A DNA stretch of 12,157 nucleotides from an uncultured Candidatus Poseidoniales archaeon (GTDB lineage Archaea > Thermoplasmatota > Poseidoniia > Poseidoniales > CAYMED01), in the NCBI GenBank assembly GCA_964389655.1, contig CAYMED010000024.1, positions 6,019 to 18,175 on the forward strand, read 5' to 3'. The translations under genes were made by a program, and so were the position numbers. This document shows positions 1-7,044 of the stretch, piece after piece. Under the pieces are notes generated by a model that was not told where the DNA came from, did no database searches, and worked only from the letters and a program-made list of their open reading frames with translations. Within the stretch, counting starts at the first letter, position 1. Each line of letters starts with the position of its first letter.

Positions 1-20
1 AATAGCCGTCACCCAAGGTT

Positions 21-818
21 ATGCTTCCTGAACACCCAGGGGGGCTTTTGTCTTGGATATGTTCGAATGAATTTGGAACTAGACATGCCACTTTACTAGA
101 TCCCGCTGACCAATCAGCAGAAGATGCTGCAGCCAAGGCTTTGGCTGCAGTTGAAGGCGGTAGTAAGTTGATTTTAGTGGGGGGCTCAACAAATACTCCA
201 GAAAATAAAGTACATGATACAGTTGTTGGGATTCAAGAAGCTCTAGAATTGCGTGTTTGGGCAGCTTCACAAGATTCTACCGTGGATGAAGAAGATTGGA
301 GAATACCAGTAATTCTCTTTCCCGGGGGCGCCCATGCTCTTTCTTCATCTGCAGACGCAATTTTATTCATGATGTTGATGAATAGCATCGATCCAAGATT
401 TTTAGTTGAAGAACAGGTAAAAGGTGCCACCTGGCTCCACGAAGCAGGAGTAGAAATGCTTCCAACCGCATATCTGATTTGCGAACCTGGTGGGAAAGCG
501 GGAGAAGTAGGACAAGCGATTTTGCTCAATTCACCAAAGGACATCCGCGCTTATTCGTTATGTGCTAAGGGATATGGAATGAAAATTCTCTATCTTGAAG
601 CAGGTAGTGGTGCACCCCTTCCTCTCGATTCAGAGATGATTAAATCCGCAGAGGGAGAGTGCCTATTTGTTGGTGGAGGAATTAAAACTGCTGAACATGC
701 CATTTTAGCGAAAGAAGCCGGCGCCTCATGGATAGTTACAGGAACTATTGTCGAAGAACAAGAAGATCTAGATATAATTCGTTTAACAATTGAACAACTA
801 GTATCAGCGTTGAACTAA
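21..818 (+). CDS. Geranylgeranylglyceryl phosphate synthase (GGGPS/PcrB family, group II-like)
   Basis: Family motifs LLDP, LVGGST, PVILFPG, ADAILFMMLMNS, AYLICEPGG, LYLEAGSGA, VGGGI and GASWIVTGT occur in the expected TIM-barrel order. The stop overlaps the convergent gene's stop by 4 nt. Confidence 0.93.
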   Translation: MLPEHPGGLLSWICSNEFGTRHATLLDPADQSAEDAAAKALAAVEGGSKLILVGGSTNTPENKVHDTVVGIQEALELRVWAASQDSTVDEEDWRIPVILFPGGAHALSSSADAILFMMLMNSIDPRFLVEEQVKGATWLHEAGVEMLPTAYLICEPGGKAGEVGQAILLNSPKDIRAYSLCAKGYGMKILYLEAGSGAPLPLDSEMIKSAEGECLFVGGGIKTAEHAILAKEAGASWIVTGTIVEEQEDLDIIRLTIEQLVSALN

Positions 819-2077
819 TCATCATCCTCGTAAACTACAGGATCCCCACTACCACCGGGAGCATTTGGTCTAGTATCAGGCTCATCTCCTTGTGGTAAAG
901 ATTCAACACTCTTTTCGAGATCTATTTCATCCCCTCCTGCTAAAGTATGCATATCATCTAAAGAAGGCGCCTCGATAACTCTCTTCTTAGGGCCTTCTTC
1001 GACGATACGAGCCCGCGTATCTTCTCTAGCGGAATGATCTCTTACCAACCCGAGAGAATCTTGGAACACTCTACCAACAACCTCTCTCGTCTTTTCACTA
1101 CGTCTAGCCGCATCAAGCTCCAACATCGCCCTTTCACGCTGACTCTCTACTTCCTTTAGTTCTGAAGTTCTATCTTGCAATGCCGCTTCAAGGTCAGTGA
1201 TGGTCAGATGCATTTGTTGCACTCTTTCATCTCTTTCAAAGACATCATTATGCAAACGTCTTTCGCGCCTTCTCAAAGCCTCATATTCACGATTCCTTTC
1301 TAACAATCGCCTCTTTAATTCTTCAATTTGTTCGACCAAGTAATCATGTTCTGCACTAACAGATCTCGGGCCAGTCATGACTCTCTCTAACTGTTCTTCC
1401 AATTCACCCAACCGCCTATCGCGCTGATCTAACAATCCTCTCAATCTATCAGCAATCTCTCGCAATCTTTGCCGTTCTTCTTCCAAAGCCTCTCTTGCTG
1501 CAATTTCTGCAGCCAGATCCTCTTCTCGTTGGTCCAATTGTCCTTTTAAACCTCTGACTTCATCAGCAGTAATCGATGTCAAACCCGCCTGGGCCGCCTT
1601 ATCTAGAGCAGAAACCAATTCATCCATCTTTGCTTCCAATTCAGCAACAACATCAGCTTGTTCTATTGTTAATTCACGCAGTTGAGCATTTTCAGCCTTC
1701 ATCGCTTCTCTTTCTTCAGCAGTCATCGATGCCGCCAATGCTTCCAATTCAGAACGGGCATCCTCCAACATCCGCTCAAGATGAACTACCCTCGCATCTT
1801 TTTCTTGCAACATCTGTTCAGCTTCAGAAAGCCTTGCTATTTCTGGAGCAACCCCATCTTCTCTTTCAGCTAAATCTAGCTCTACTACGCGCAACTTTTG
1901 CTTCGCATCCGCCAACTCTTTGTTTCTTTCACTCAATTCTTCCCAAGCGATCAAAACTTCGTCAACCAATTGCTCAGTGGGATATGCTTTCAACATCCCT
2001 TCTAAAGCGGCACGGTCACTATTATCGATCAACCCAGAAGCCCCATCTGAACCGGGTGTCGCAGCCTCTACAGACAT
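815..2077 (-). CDS. Long coiled-coil protein of unknown function (short head, ~300-residue E/R/L/A-rich rod, acidic Pro/Gly tail ending VVYEDDD)
   Basis: The ORF is open from TTG 2098. ATG 2077 is preferred because a TATA-position motif lies at 2108-2113; ATG 2092 is an alternative. It shows heptad-like periodicity, with no Walker A/B, signal peptide or TM segment. Confidence 0.85.
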   Translation of the reverse strand: MSVEAATPGSDGASGLIDNSDRAALEGMLKAYPTEQLVDEVLIAWEELSERNKELADAKQKLRVVELDLAEREDGVAPEIARLSEAEQMLQEKDARVVHLERMLEDARSELEALAASMTAEEREAMKAENAQLRELTIEQADVVAELEAKMDELVSALDKAAQAGLTSITADEVRGLKGQLDQREEDLAAEIAAREALEEERQRLREIADRLRGLLDQRDRRLGELEEQLERVMTGPRSVSAEHDYLVEQIEELKRRLLERNREYEALRRRERRLHNDVFERDERVQQMHLTITDLEAALQDRTSELKEVESQRERAMLELDAARRSEKTREVVGRVFQDSLGLVRDHSAREDTRARIVEEGPKKRVIEAPSLDDMHTLAGGDEIDLEKSVESLPQGDEPDTRPNAPGGSGDPVVYEDDD

Positions 2078-2149
2078 GATATCGCGTTGCATCGGCAACA
2101 GTCCATTCTTGAACCTTCACCTTGTAATCGGCAGATAATGGCCGTTCAT

Positions 2150-2164
2150 CGCCCCTACGGGGCG
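2150..2164 (-). terminator. GC-rich hairpin just downstream of the actin-like gene
   Basis: CGCCCC-TAC-GGGGCG is a perfect 6-bp stem 8 nt after the stop codon. No strong U-tract follows, so its function is uncertain. Confidence 0.35.
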
Positions 2165-2172
2165 TACCGAAA

Positions 2173-3177
2173 TCAGTTAATTGCCGTGTATTGCTCATCA
2201 GGCATTGCGTTTGCCAACTTCAATGCTCCAGAGGCAACACTCACGATTGGATTGTCCACACACCATACTCTAACATCACCAATATCAGCAAGTTGATCTG
2301 CAACCATTTCTGCAACTCCGCCAATCATTGAACCCCCTCCACTGAGGATGATATTATTGCGGAATTGTGGTTGGTATTCAGGGTCGGCTGTAGCGATAAT
2401 TGACTTGATGGCCCCAACAACATGTGGAACCAAAGCCTCGCACCCTTGTCGAATGATATCTCCAATATCAACGATATTCTTCTTACCTTCAACCGACAAT
2501 TCAACCATACACTCTTCGTCATCTGTACCGACATAAGAGAATTCTTCCTTCCATGAACGAACCATGTCTTTTGTTAACTGAGCACCCGTGTATTTCTTTT
2601 CAATAAGGTCCATTATTTGAAGATCCAACCAATCTCCCGCTTCAGCTACTGTGAACTCATCATCTTCGTTAGGGAAGGTTCCGTAAAGTCTAGCGACATC
2701 TGTAGTTCCTGCGCCGATATCGACAACGATTGAACCCATGTATTGATCATGATCAAAACCGGTAGCAAAAGGCTCGCTAACTACCATAATTGCGTTGACT
2801 TGACCACGTAGAGTAGCAACCAAATTCGACTTGTCAGTGAATGTGATGTGCGAAGGGCTGCAAATAACACCAAACACCTCATCGTATTCTTCTGGGTCTG
2901 CTACCTCAATTAAGTGGGATACGAATGCCTTAGCAGCAGCCAAATTCGCCTCATCATCCTGAGCAACCCCCGCAGCCATTGGACGGTAGATATTACAAGC
3001 CAATTTCTTAGCAAGCGCTTCATCTCCAAACAGCACATCCCTACCTAGCATATTTCGAGCAACAGGGTCTTTCGGTTTACCGACGACGGTTTCGATAGTT
3101 TGCAAAGCACCAGCACTCGACGCAATCGTCGATTGGTAGGTTCCAAGGTCAATTCCGATGTAGAGTCTTTCGCCCAT
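2173..3177 (-). CDS. Actin-like ATPase of the MreB/MamK superfamily, MamK-like
   Basis: All five actin-fold motifs are present: GIDLGT (phosphate 1), VVSEPFA (connect 1, catalytic Glu), VDIGAGTTD (phosphate 2), ILSGGGSMIGG (adenosine) and SGALKLA (connect 2). MamK-type strings include VVGxPKD, LGR..GDEA, KExFSxVG, CEALxP and PEYQ. SD-like GAGGA (3188-3184) favours ATG 3177; ATG 3183 is an alternative. Confidence 0.9.
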   Translation of the reverse strand: MGERLYIGIDLGTYQSTIASSAGALQTIETVVGKPKDPVARNMLGRDVLFGDEALAKKLACNIYRPMAAGVAQDDEANLAAAKAFVSHLIEVADPEEYDEVFGVICSPSHITFTDKSNLVATLRGQVNAIMVVSEPFATGFDHDQYMGSIVVDIGAGTTDVARLYGTFPNEDDEFTVAEAGDWLDLQIMDLIEKKYTGAQLTKDMVRSWKEEFSYVGTDDEECMVELSVEGKKNIVDIGDIIRQGCEALVPHVVGAIKSIIATADPEYQPQFRNNIILSGGGSMIGGVAEMVADQLADIGDVRVWCVDNPIVSVASGALKLANAMPDEQYTAIN

Positions 3178-3255
3178 TATCATTCCTCATACGCCGCGGC
3201 GTGGTGGTGCCACACCTGAAGTGGTCTTCAAGGTTGAGTCGCGGCAATCATTCCG

Positions 3256-3290
3256 AATAAACCAAATCTTCAACCAATTCTTGGTTTATT
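3256..3290 (-). terminator. 10-bp inverted repeat straddling the protease stop codon
   Basis: AATAAACCAA (3256-3265) and TTGGTTTATT (3281-3290) with a 15-nt spacer. Confidence 0.35.
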
Positions 3291-6149
3291 TCGATTAATT
3301 ATTGCAACCACTGCGAGGCATATCAGTGCACTGACAAATAAGAAGCCAGGAACCCCCTCTTCTTCCTTCTCTTTCTCCTTTGTTTCCATTGGAGCGGATA
3401 GGGGGTCTGTGCCATTCGCAATCTCCCCTCCATCATTCACCCCATCCCCATCGGTATCTTCTACCAATGGTTCAGTTTCATGATTAAATATTTCATCTCC
3501 ATCACTTAACCCATCACCATCAGAATCAGGATTTTTTGGATTTGTCCCCCTTTCTAACTCAAGAAGATCTAAAACCCCATCGCCATCATCATCTATGTCT
3601 AAATAATCACACAACCCATCTTCATCCAAATCCATTGGTAAATCATTACCAATGAATGGATCGCTTGAACATTGTATTTCTTCAGCGTCGCTAAACCCGT
3701 CACCATCACTATCGATTATTTGATCACAACCATCCGGCACTCCATCTTCATCAATATCAATCAAATCATCAAAGTCCGCACATTGATCAGAATTATCTCC
3801 AACACCATCACCATCGGAATCATTCGCTTCTGTAGCATCATCTGGAAAATCATCATCTTCATCACCTACTCCATCTCCATCACGATCCACTATCGAGTCA
3901 CAAGCATCAGGAATATTATCTCCATCAATATCAATCAAATCATCAAAGCCCGCACATTGATCAGAATTGTCCCCAACCCTATCCCCATCAGTATCTACAG
4001 ATTCTGTGGGGTCGTCAGGAAATGCATCGACCCCATCCTCCACTCCATCTCCATCACGATCAACAACATCTTCTCTAATTTCATCTACCCCCTTGATTGC
4101 AAGGCCAAAACCAATTCTATCACCGTTCAAACCAAGCATATCAGAGTGATTTCCAATATTTACAAATCTAGCATTTACACTCACATTTACCCATTCAGCC
4201 CCAGATAGCTCAGTCGCGGGGATTTTTATTCCAACAGTAGTTTCATTTCGAGGCGACAATTCCACTCTTTCTTCAAACAATGTAGAATATCCATCCTCTT
4301 CGAAAACGTCCCCATATGCGAATTTTCCTGCCGGGGTCTCAATTATCAACTCCAAATCATCGATTTGTGCAGGCTCAGGCCTTGGCGACCATGAAAGACG
4401 AACATCAAGATCGCCCCCGCTCCTATTCAATGTCCAAGAGGCGGATTCACCACTCGCAAGAAAGGGGCCCACCGCCCCATCTCCATTCCACGGAACCGAC
4501 TCAACCCGCTGCAATGGCCTTTCATCAACAGTGGAATCATATGCTCTATTCTGCACCAATTCTTGCCAATTATCCATGGCAAATGAGTCCCATAACCAAA
4601 TATCATTATTCGTTGGATCTTCTAAGTCAATTAGCCTAGATAGATTTGCGCGCCCCCAACCTTGAACATTATCGGGAGCCGCCCCCGTCTCCCCCCGTTC
4701 ATGCTGTAATCCAGGTATCGGCTCGGCGGCTAAAGCAATGACAGCCTTCAGCATTGGCCCACTCGGGGTATGGTTTTCCTGCCCAATCCAACCTTCCTCA
4801 ATCATCTGTTGAATTATGGCCGTGAAGGATGCCGCAGCAGGCGTGGCCATCGAAGAACCAGTACTTGTTCTTGTACCATTATTCCATGACTCATGTTCAT
4901 TATCAGCGGCAGCAGAAACAATCGTAACACCCGGCGCAGCGATGTGAATGCCTCTACGCCCGTCATGCGTTTCACCAACCGACGAAAATTCCCAGATACC
5001 ATGAGCCTCAGTTTTGGTAGTTACACTGACCGCTACTACCGAACGCGCATTAGCCGGCTCCATAATTTGCCCGCGGTTATTTCCCGGTGCAATAAACGCC
5101 ACCGACCATGGCACTTCATTTGACCACGCATCGAAATCATATGTTCGAGCAGTATATTCAACCGTATCATCACCCCATGAATTGGAGTGAATTACAGCGC
5201 CATTCCGTAATGCTTCCCAAAGCAACCAATCCACATCTGGAGGCACCCACCCCTCATCATTTACTATGTCTTGAACTACTAGTCTTGAAGCATGACTCAA
5301 AGAAGTCCCCTCTATTGCTGAAGTTGCATTATCAAACCAACAACCCAGAGTTCCTCCGATATGCGTTCCGTGCCCTCCATCTTGATGAGACAGAGTGTCC
5401 CAACCATCTAGAGTTTCATTCAACGATATGATTTTCCTATGTTCTTGTCCAGGAACCCCTGTAATATTCGCCCCATCACCCCCCTGTCTGAAACAAGCAT
5501 GATCACGATCAAGCCCAGAATCAGCAAAAGCAACGATAACTCCAGAACCGTTCAAACCCAGACCCCAAATTTCTCTAGAATCACTAATACCAGAAGTCAT
5601 CAATCCAGCAGCGATGTCATTTCTTGCTGAAGTTTTTAGAACAGGCTCAATCCAAAGAATTCCAGGAATATGTAAAACCTGCTCAAGTGATTGACCCCCC
5701 CATTCGACTACGATTCTAGCAGGCATCGCAGAACCACTTTGCGGCATGGATTCCAATTCTATGGTAAATCCAAACCGCTCTAGTTCTGTAAGAACGAAAG
5801 AAACCCCTTCGAATGGGAGCCTTGGCTCCAATAAAATTCGCGTTTCGGCTTCAGGATATGCTTTTTCTAACCCCGGCCGCCATTCCGCCGGCCCCGCCTC
5901 ATCTCCAGTAGTACCCCAAGCTAATACGGTATATGGCCCCAACTGCCGCAAAGGAGTCAACCCCTTCTCTCGCAACTTATTCCAATCATCCGCTGACCAA
6001 ATTTCATCCGAGGTAACGATTACTTCTCTAGCATTTAGGCCAATGTTTTCTGTAAAGTCAGCAGCATTTCCAATAGGCACCAGCAGAATCAGCAACGCCA
6101 CCGCGAAGGCCTTGGAAGAACTAAGCACAATCCTATCCGAAGCACCCAT
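3270..6149 (-). CDS. Secreted S8 subtilisin-like serine protease (KP-43-like) with TSP type-3 Ca-binding repeats and a PGF-CTERM anchor
   Basis: N-terminal signal peptide (KAFAVALLILLVPIGNA) and prodomain. Catalytic Asp (FADSGLD), His (GHGTHIGG), oxyanion Asn (APGN) and Ser (TGSSMATP). KP-43-type HSNSWG, PSGPMLKA and QGWGR strings, many DxDxDG repeats, and C-terminal VPGF + TM helix + basic tail. GTG 6152 is an alternative start. Confidence 0.93.
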   Translation of the reverse strand: MGASDRIVLSSSKAFAVALLILLVPIGNAADFTENIGLNAREVIVTSDEIWSADDWNKLREKGLTPLRQLGPYTVLAWGTTGDEAGPAEWRPGLEKAYPEAETRILLEPRLPFEGVSFVLTELERFGFTIELESMPQSGSAMPARIVVEWGGQSLEQVLHIPGILWIEPVLKTSARNDIAAGLMTSGISDSREIWGLGLNGSGVIVAFADSGLDRDHACFRQGGDGANITGVPGQEHRKIISLNETLDGWDTLSHQDGGHGTHIGGTLGCWFDNATSAIEGTSLSHASRLVVQDIVNDEGWVPPDVDWLLWEALRNGAVIHSNSWGDDTVEYTARTYDFDAWSNEVPWSVAFIAPGNNRGQIMEPANARSVVAVSVTTKTEAHGIWEFSSVGETHDGRRGIHIAAPGVTIVSAAADNEHESWNNGTRTSTGSSMATPAAASFTAIIQQMIEEGWIGQENHTPSGPMLKAVIALAAEPIPGLQHERGETGAAPDNVQGWGRANLSRLIDLEDPTNNDIWLWDSFAMDNWQELVQNRAYDSTVDERPLQRVESVPWNGDGAVGPFLASGESASWTLNRSGGDLDVRLSWSPRPEPAQIDDLELIIETPAGKFAYGDVFEEDGYSTLFEERVELSPRNETTVGIKIPATELSGAEWVNVSVNARFVNIGNHSDMLGLNGDRIGFGLAIKGVDEIREDVVDRDGDGVEDGVDAFPDDPTESVDTDGDRVGDNSDQCAGFDDLIDIDGDNIPDACDSIVDRDGDGVGDEDDDFPDDATEANDSDGDGVGDNSDQCADFDDLIDIDEDGVPDGCDQIIDSDGDGFSDAEEIQCSSDPFIGNDLPMDLDEDGLCDYLDIDDDGDGVLDLLELERGTNPKNPDSDGDGLSDGDEIFNHETEPLVEDTDGDGVNDGGEIANGTDPLSAPMETKEKEKEEEGVPGFLFVSALICLAVVAIINRNKPRIG
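3717..4064 (-). repeat. Tandem 174-nt (58-aa) duplication within the TSP3 region of the protease
   Basis: Units are 3891-4064 and 3717-3890. The string catcaatatcaatcaaatcatcaaag occurs at 3749 and 3923 (offset 174). Both units encode VDRDGDGV...GDNSDQCAxFDDLIDID...PDxCD. Confidence 0.9.
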
Positions 6150-6174
6150 CACACGTCAACGCATCGCCAATACG

Positions 6175-6204
6175 CTACAATTCTAACGCGCCAGCGCGTT
6201 TAAG
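6175..6204. promoter_or_regulatory. Divergent promoter region (protease / rpl18a) with TATA-like boxes and a central palindrome
   Basis: TTTAAG (6199-6204) starts 30 nt before the rpl18a ATG. Minus-strand TTGTAG (6180-6175) starts 31 nt before the protease ATG. AACGCGC-CA-GCGCGTT lies at 6185-6200. Confidence 0.5.
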
Positions 6205-6228
6205 GGGGATTTGCAGGTCGCCGGCGCT

Positions 6229-6492
6229 ATGCAGGCTTATCGTATCGAAGGAATCGCCCCGTTCGGCAAGCAAACCCAGAAGTTTTCGCAAGACATTGTA
6301 GCATCTAATGAAGAAGATGCGAAACACCGAATCTATTCTATTCTCGGTAGTAGGCACCACATCAACAGGCGCCAGATTACCATAGAATCGTGCAAGAAAA
6401 TCAAACCCTCCTCCTCTCAAGACCCATTGGTTATTCACCACTTTCGTGAGCAAATAGCCGCTTCTGGAAATACTTCTTCAGAAGAGGAGTGA
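6229..6492 (+). CDS. rpl18a: 50S ribosomal protein L18Ae (eL20/LX)
   Basis: MQAYRIEG...KFSQDIVASNEEDAKHRIYSILGSRHHINRRQITIE matches the LX family and sits in its usual position upstream of pfdA-ftsY. ATG 6229 is preferred over TTG 6211. Confidence 0.92.
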   Translation: MQAYRIEGIAPFGKQTQKFSQDIVASNEEDAKHRIYSILGSRHHINRRQITIESCKKIKPSSSQDPLVIHHFREQIAASGNTSSEEE

Positions 6493-6540
6493 ACCTTCGG
6501 TGGGTTGATGACGCCCGCCCTTCACGGGTGTGCGTTCAAC

Positions 6541-7035
6541 ATGAGTGATGGGGCCGAGTTACAGCGCATAGCCCGCCTGATTGAGATGAACCGTCAACGA
6601 CTTGGACAAGTTGAACAACAACTATCCCAACTTGAATCGGTGTCCAAAGAGCATTCAGAAACTGAAGAATCTTTGATAGCACTAATTTCATCTTCCGACT
6701 CAATGATACCATTGGGGGCGGGCGTCCACCTCCCAATTACAAATCAGAAGAAGGTGGTTGTTGATCTAGGCTCAAGTGTTTTTGCAGAAAGGACTCTGGA
6801 ATCAGCGGCGAAAATAATGTCCCAAAGACAAGAAGACCTTCAATCCGTCATCAAAGAATTGACAGAGCAGTATATTTCAACTGAACAGAAGGTGAAAGAA
6901 CTCACGGCTTCATTGGAGAAGGAGGTTGAAAATACAACAACTCCGGGGGCTACGGGCCCCTCCGAACCAACAAAGACTACCCAGCCCCGCCGCCCCCGTC
7001 GGGGATTTGGTGGTGAATTGACCATGGATGATTGA
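6541..7035 (+). CDS. pfdA: Prefoldin alpha subunit
   Basis: Coiled coil / beta-hairpins (MIPLGAGVHL, KVVVDLGSSVFAERTLESA) / coiled coil architecture, in conserved synteny between rpl18a and ftsY. ATG 6541. Confidence 0.9.
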   Translation: MSDGAELQRIARLIEMNRQRLGQVEQQLSQLESVSKEHSETEESLIALISSSDSMIPLGAGVHLPITNQKKVVVDLGSSVFAERTLESAAKIMSQRQEDLQSVIKELTEQYISTEQKVKELTASLEKEVENTTTPGATGPSEPTKTTQPRRPRRGFGGELTMDD

Positions 7036-7044
7036 GGTGGAATT

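Noticed and set aside
815-2098. SMC/Rad50 ATPase
   Set aside because: No Walker A/B, signature motif, hinge or zinc hook is present, and the protein is too short.
1576-2296. Plus-strand ORFs 1576-2079, 1682-1873, 1920-2138 and 2087-2296
   Set aside because: They are antisense to well-supported genes, have biased composition and show no motifs.
2173-3183. Magnetosome island or magnetotaxis
   Set aside because: No other mam/mms genes or iron transporters occur in the window, and a MamK-like actin alone is not evidence of magnetosomes.
815-3269. ParMRC-type plasmid partition cassette or integrated element
   Set aside because: There is no small ParR-like DNA-binding gene, centromere-like iteron array, integrase or att site, and the flanks are housekeeping genes.
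3672-4208. Ile-rich 178-aa plus-strand ORF and ATC-rich repeats resembling an array
   Set aside because: This is the antisense shadow of the GAT (Asp)-rich TSP3 repeats. There is no CRISPR repeat-spacer structure.
6493-6540. Possible structured RNA between rpl18a and pfdA (cTTCGg, gccc-ttcac-gggt)
   Set aside because: The stems are only 3-4 bp, and the gap is adequately explained as a promoter.
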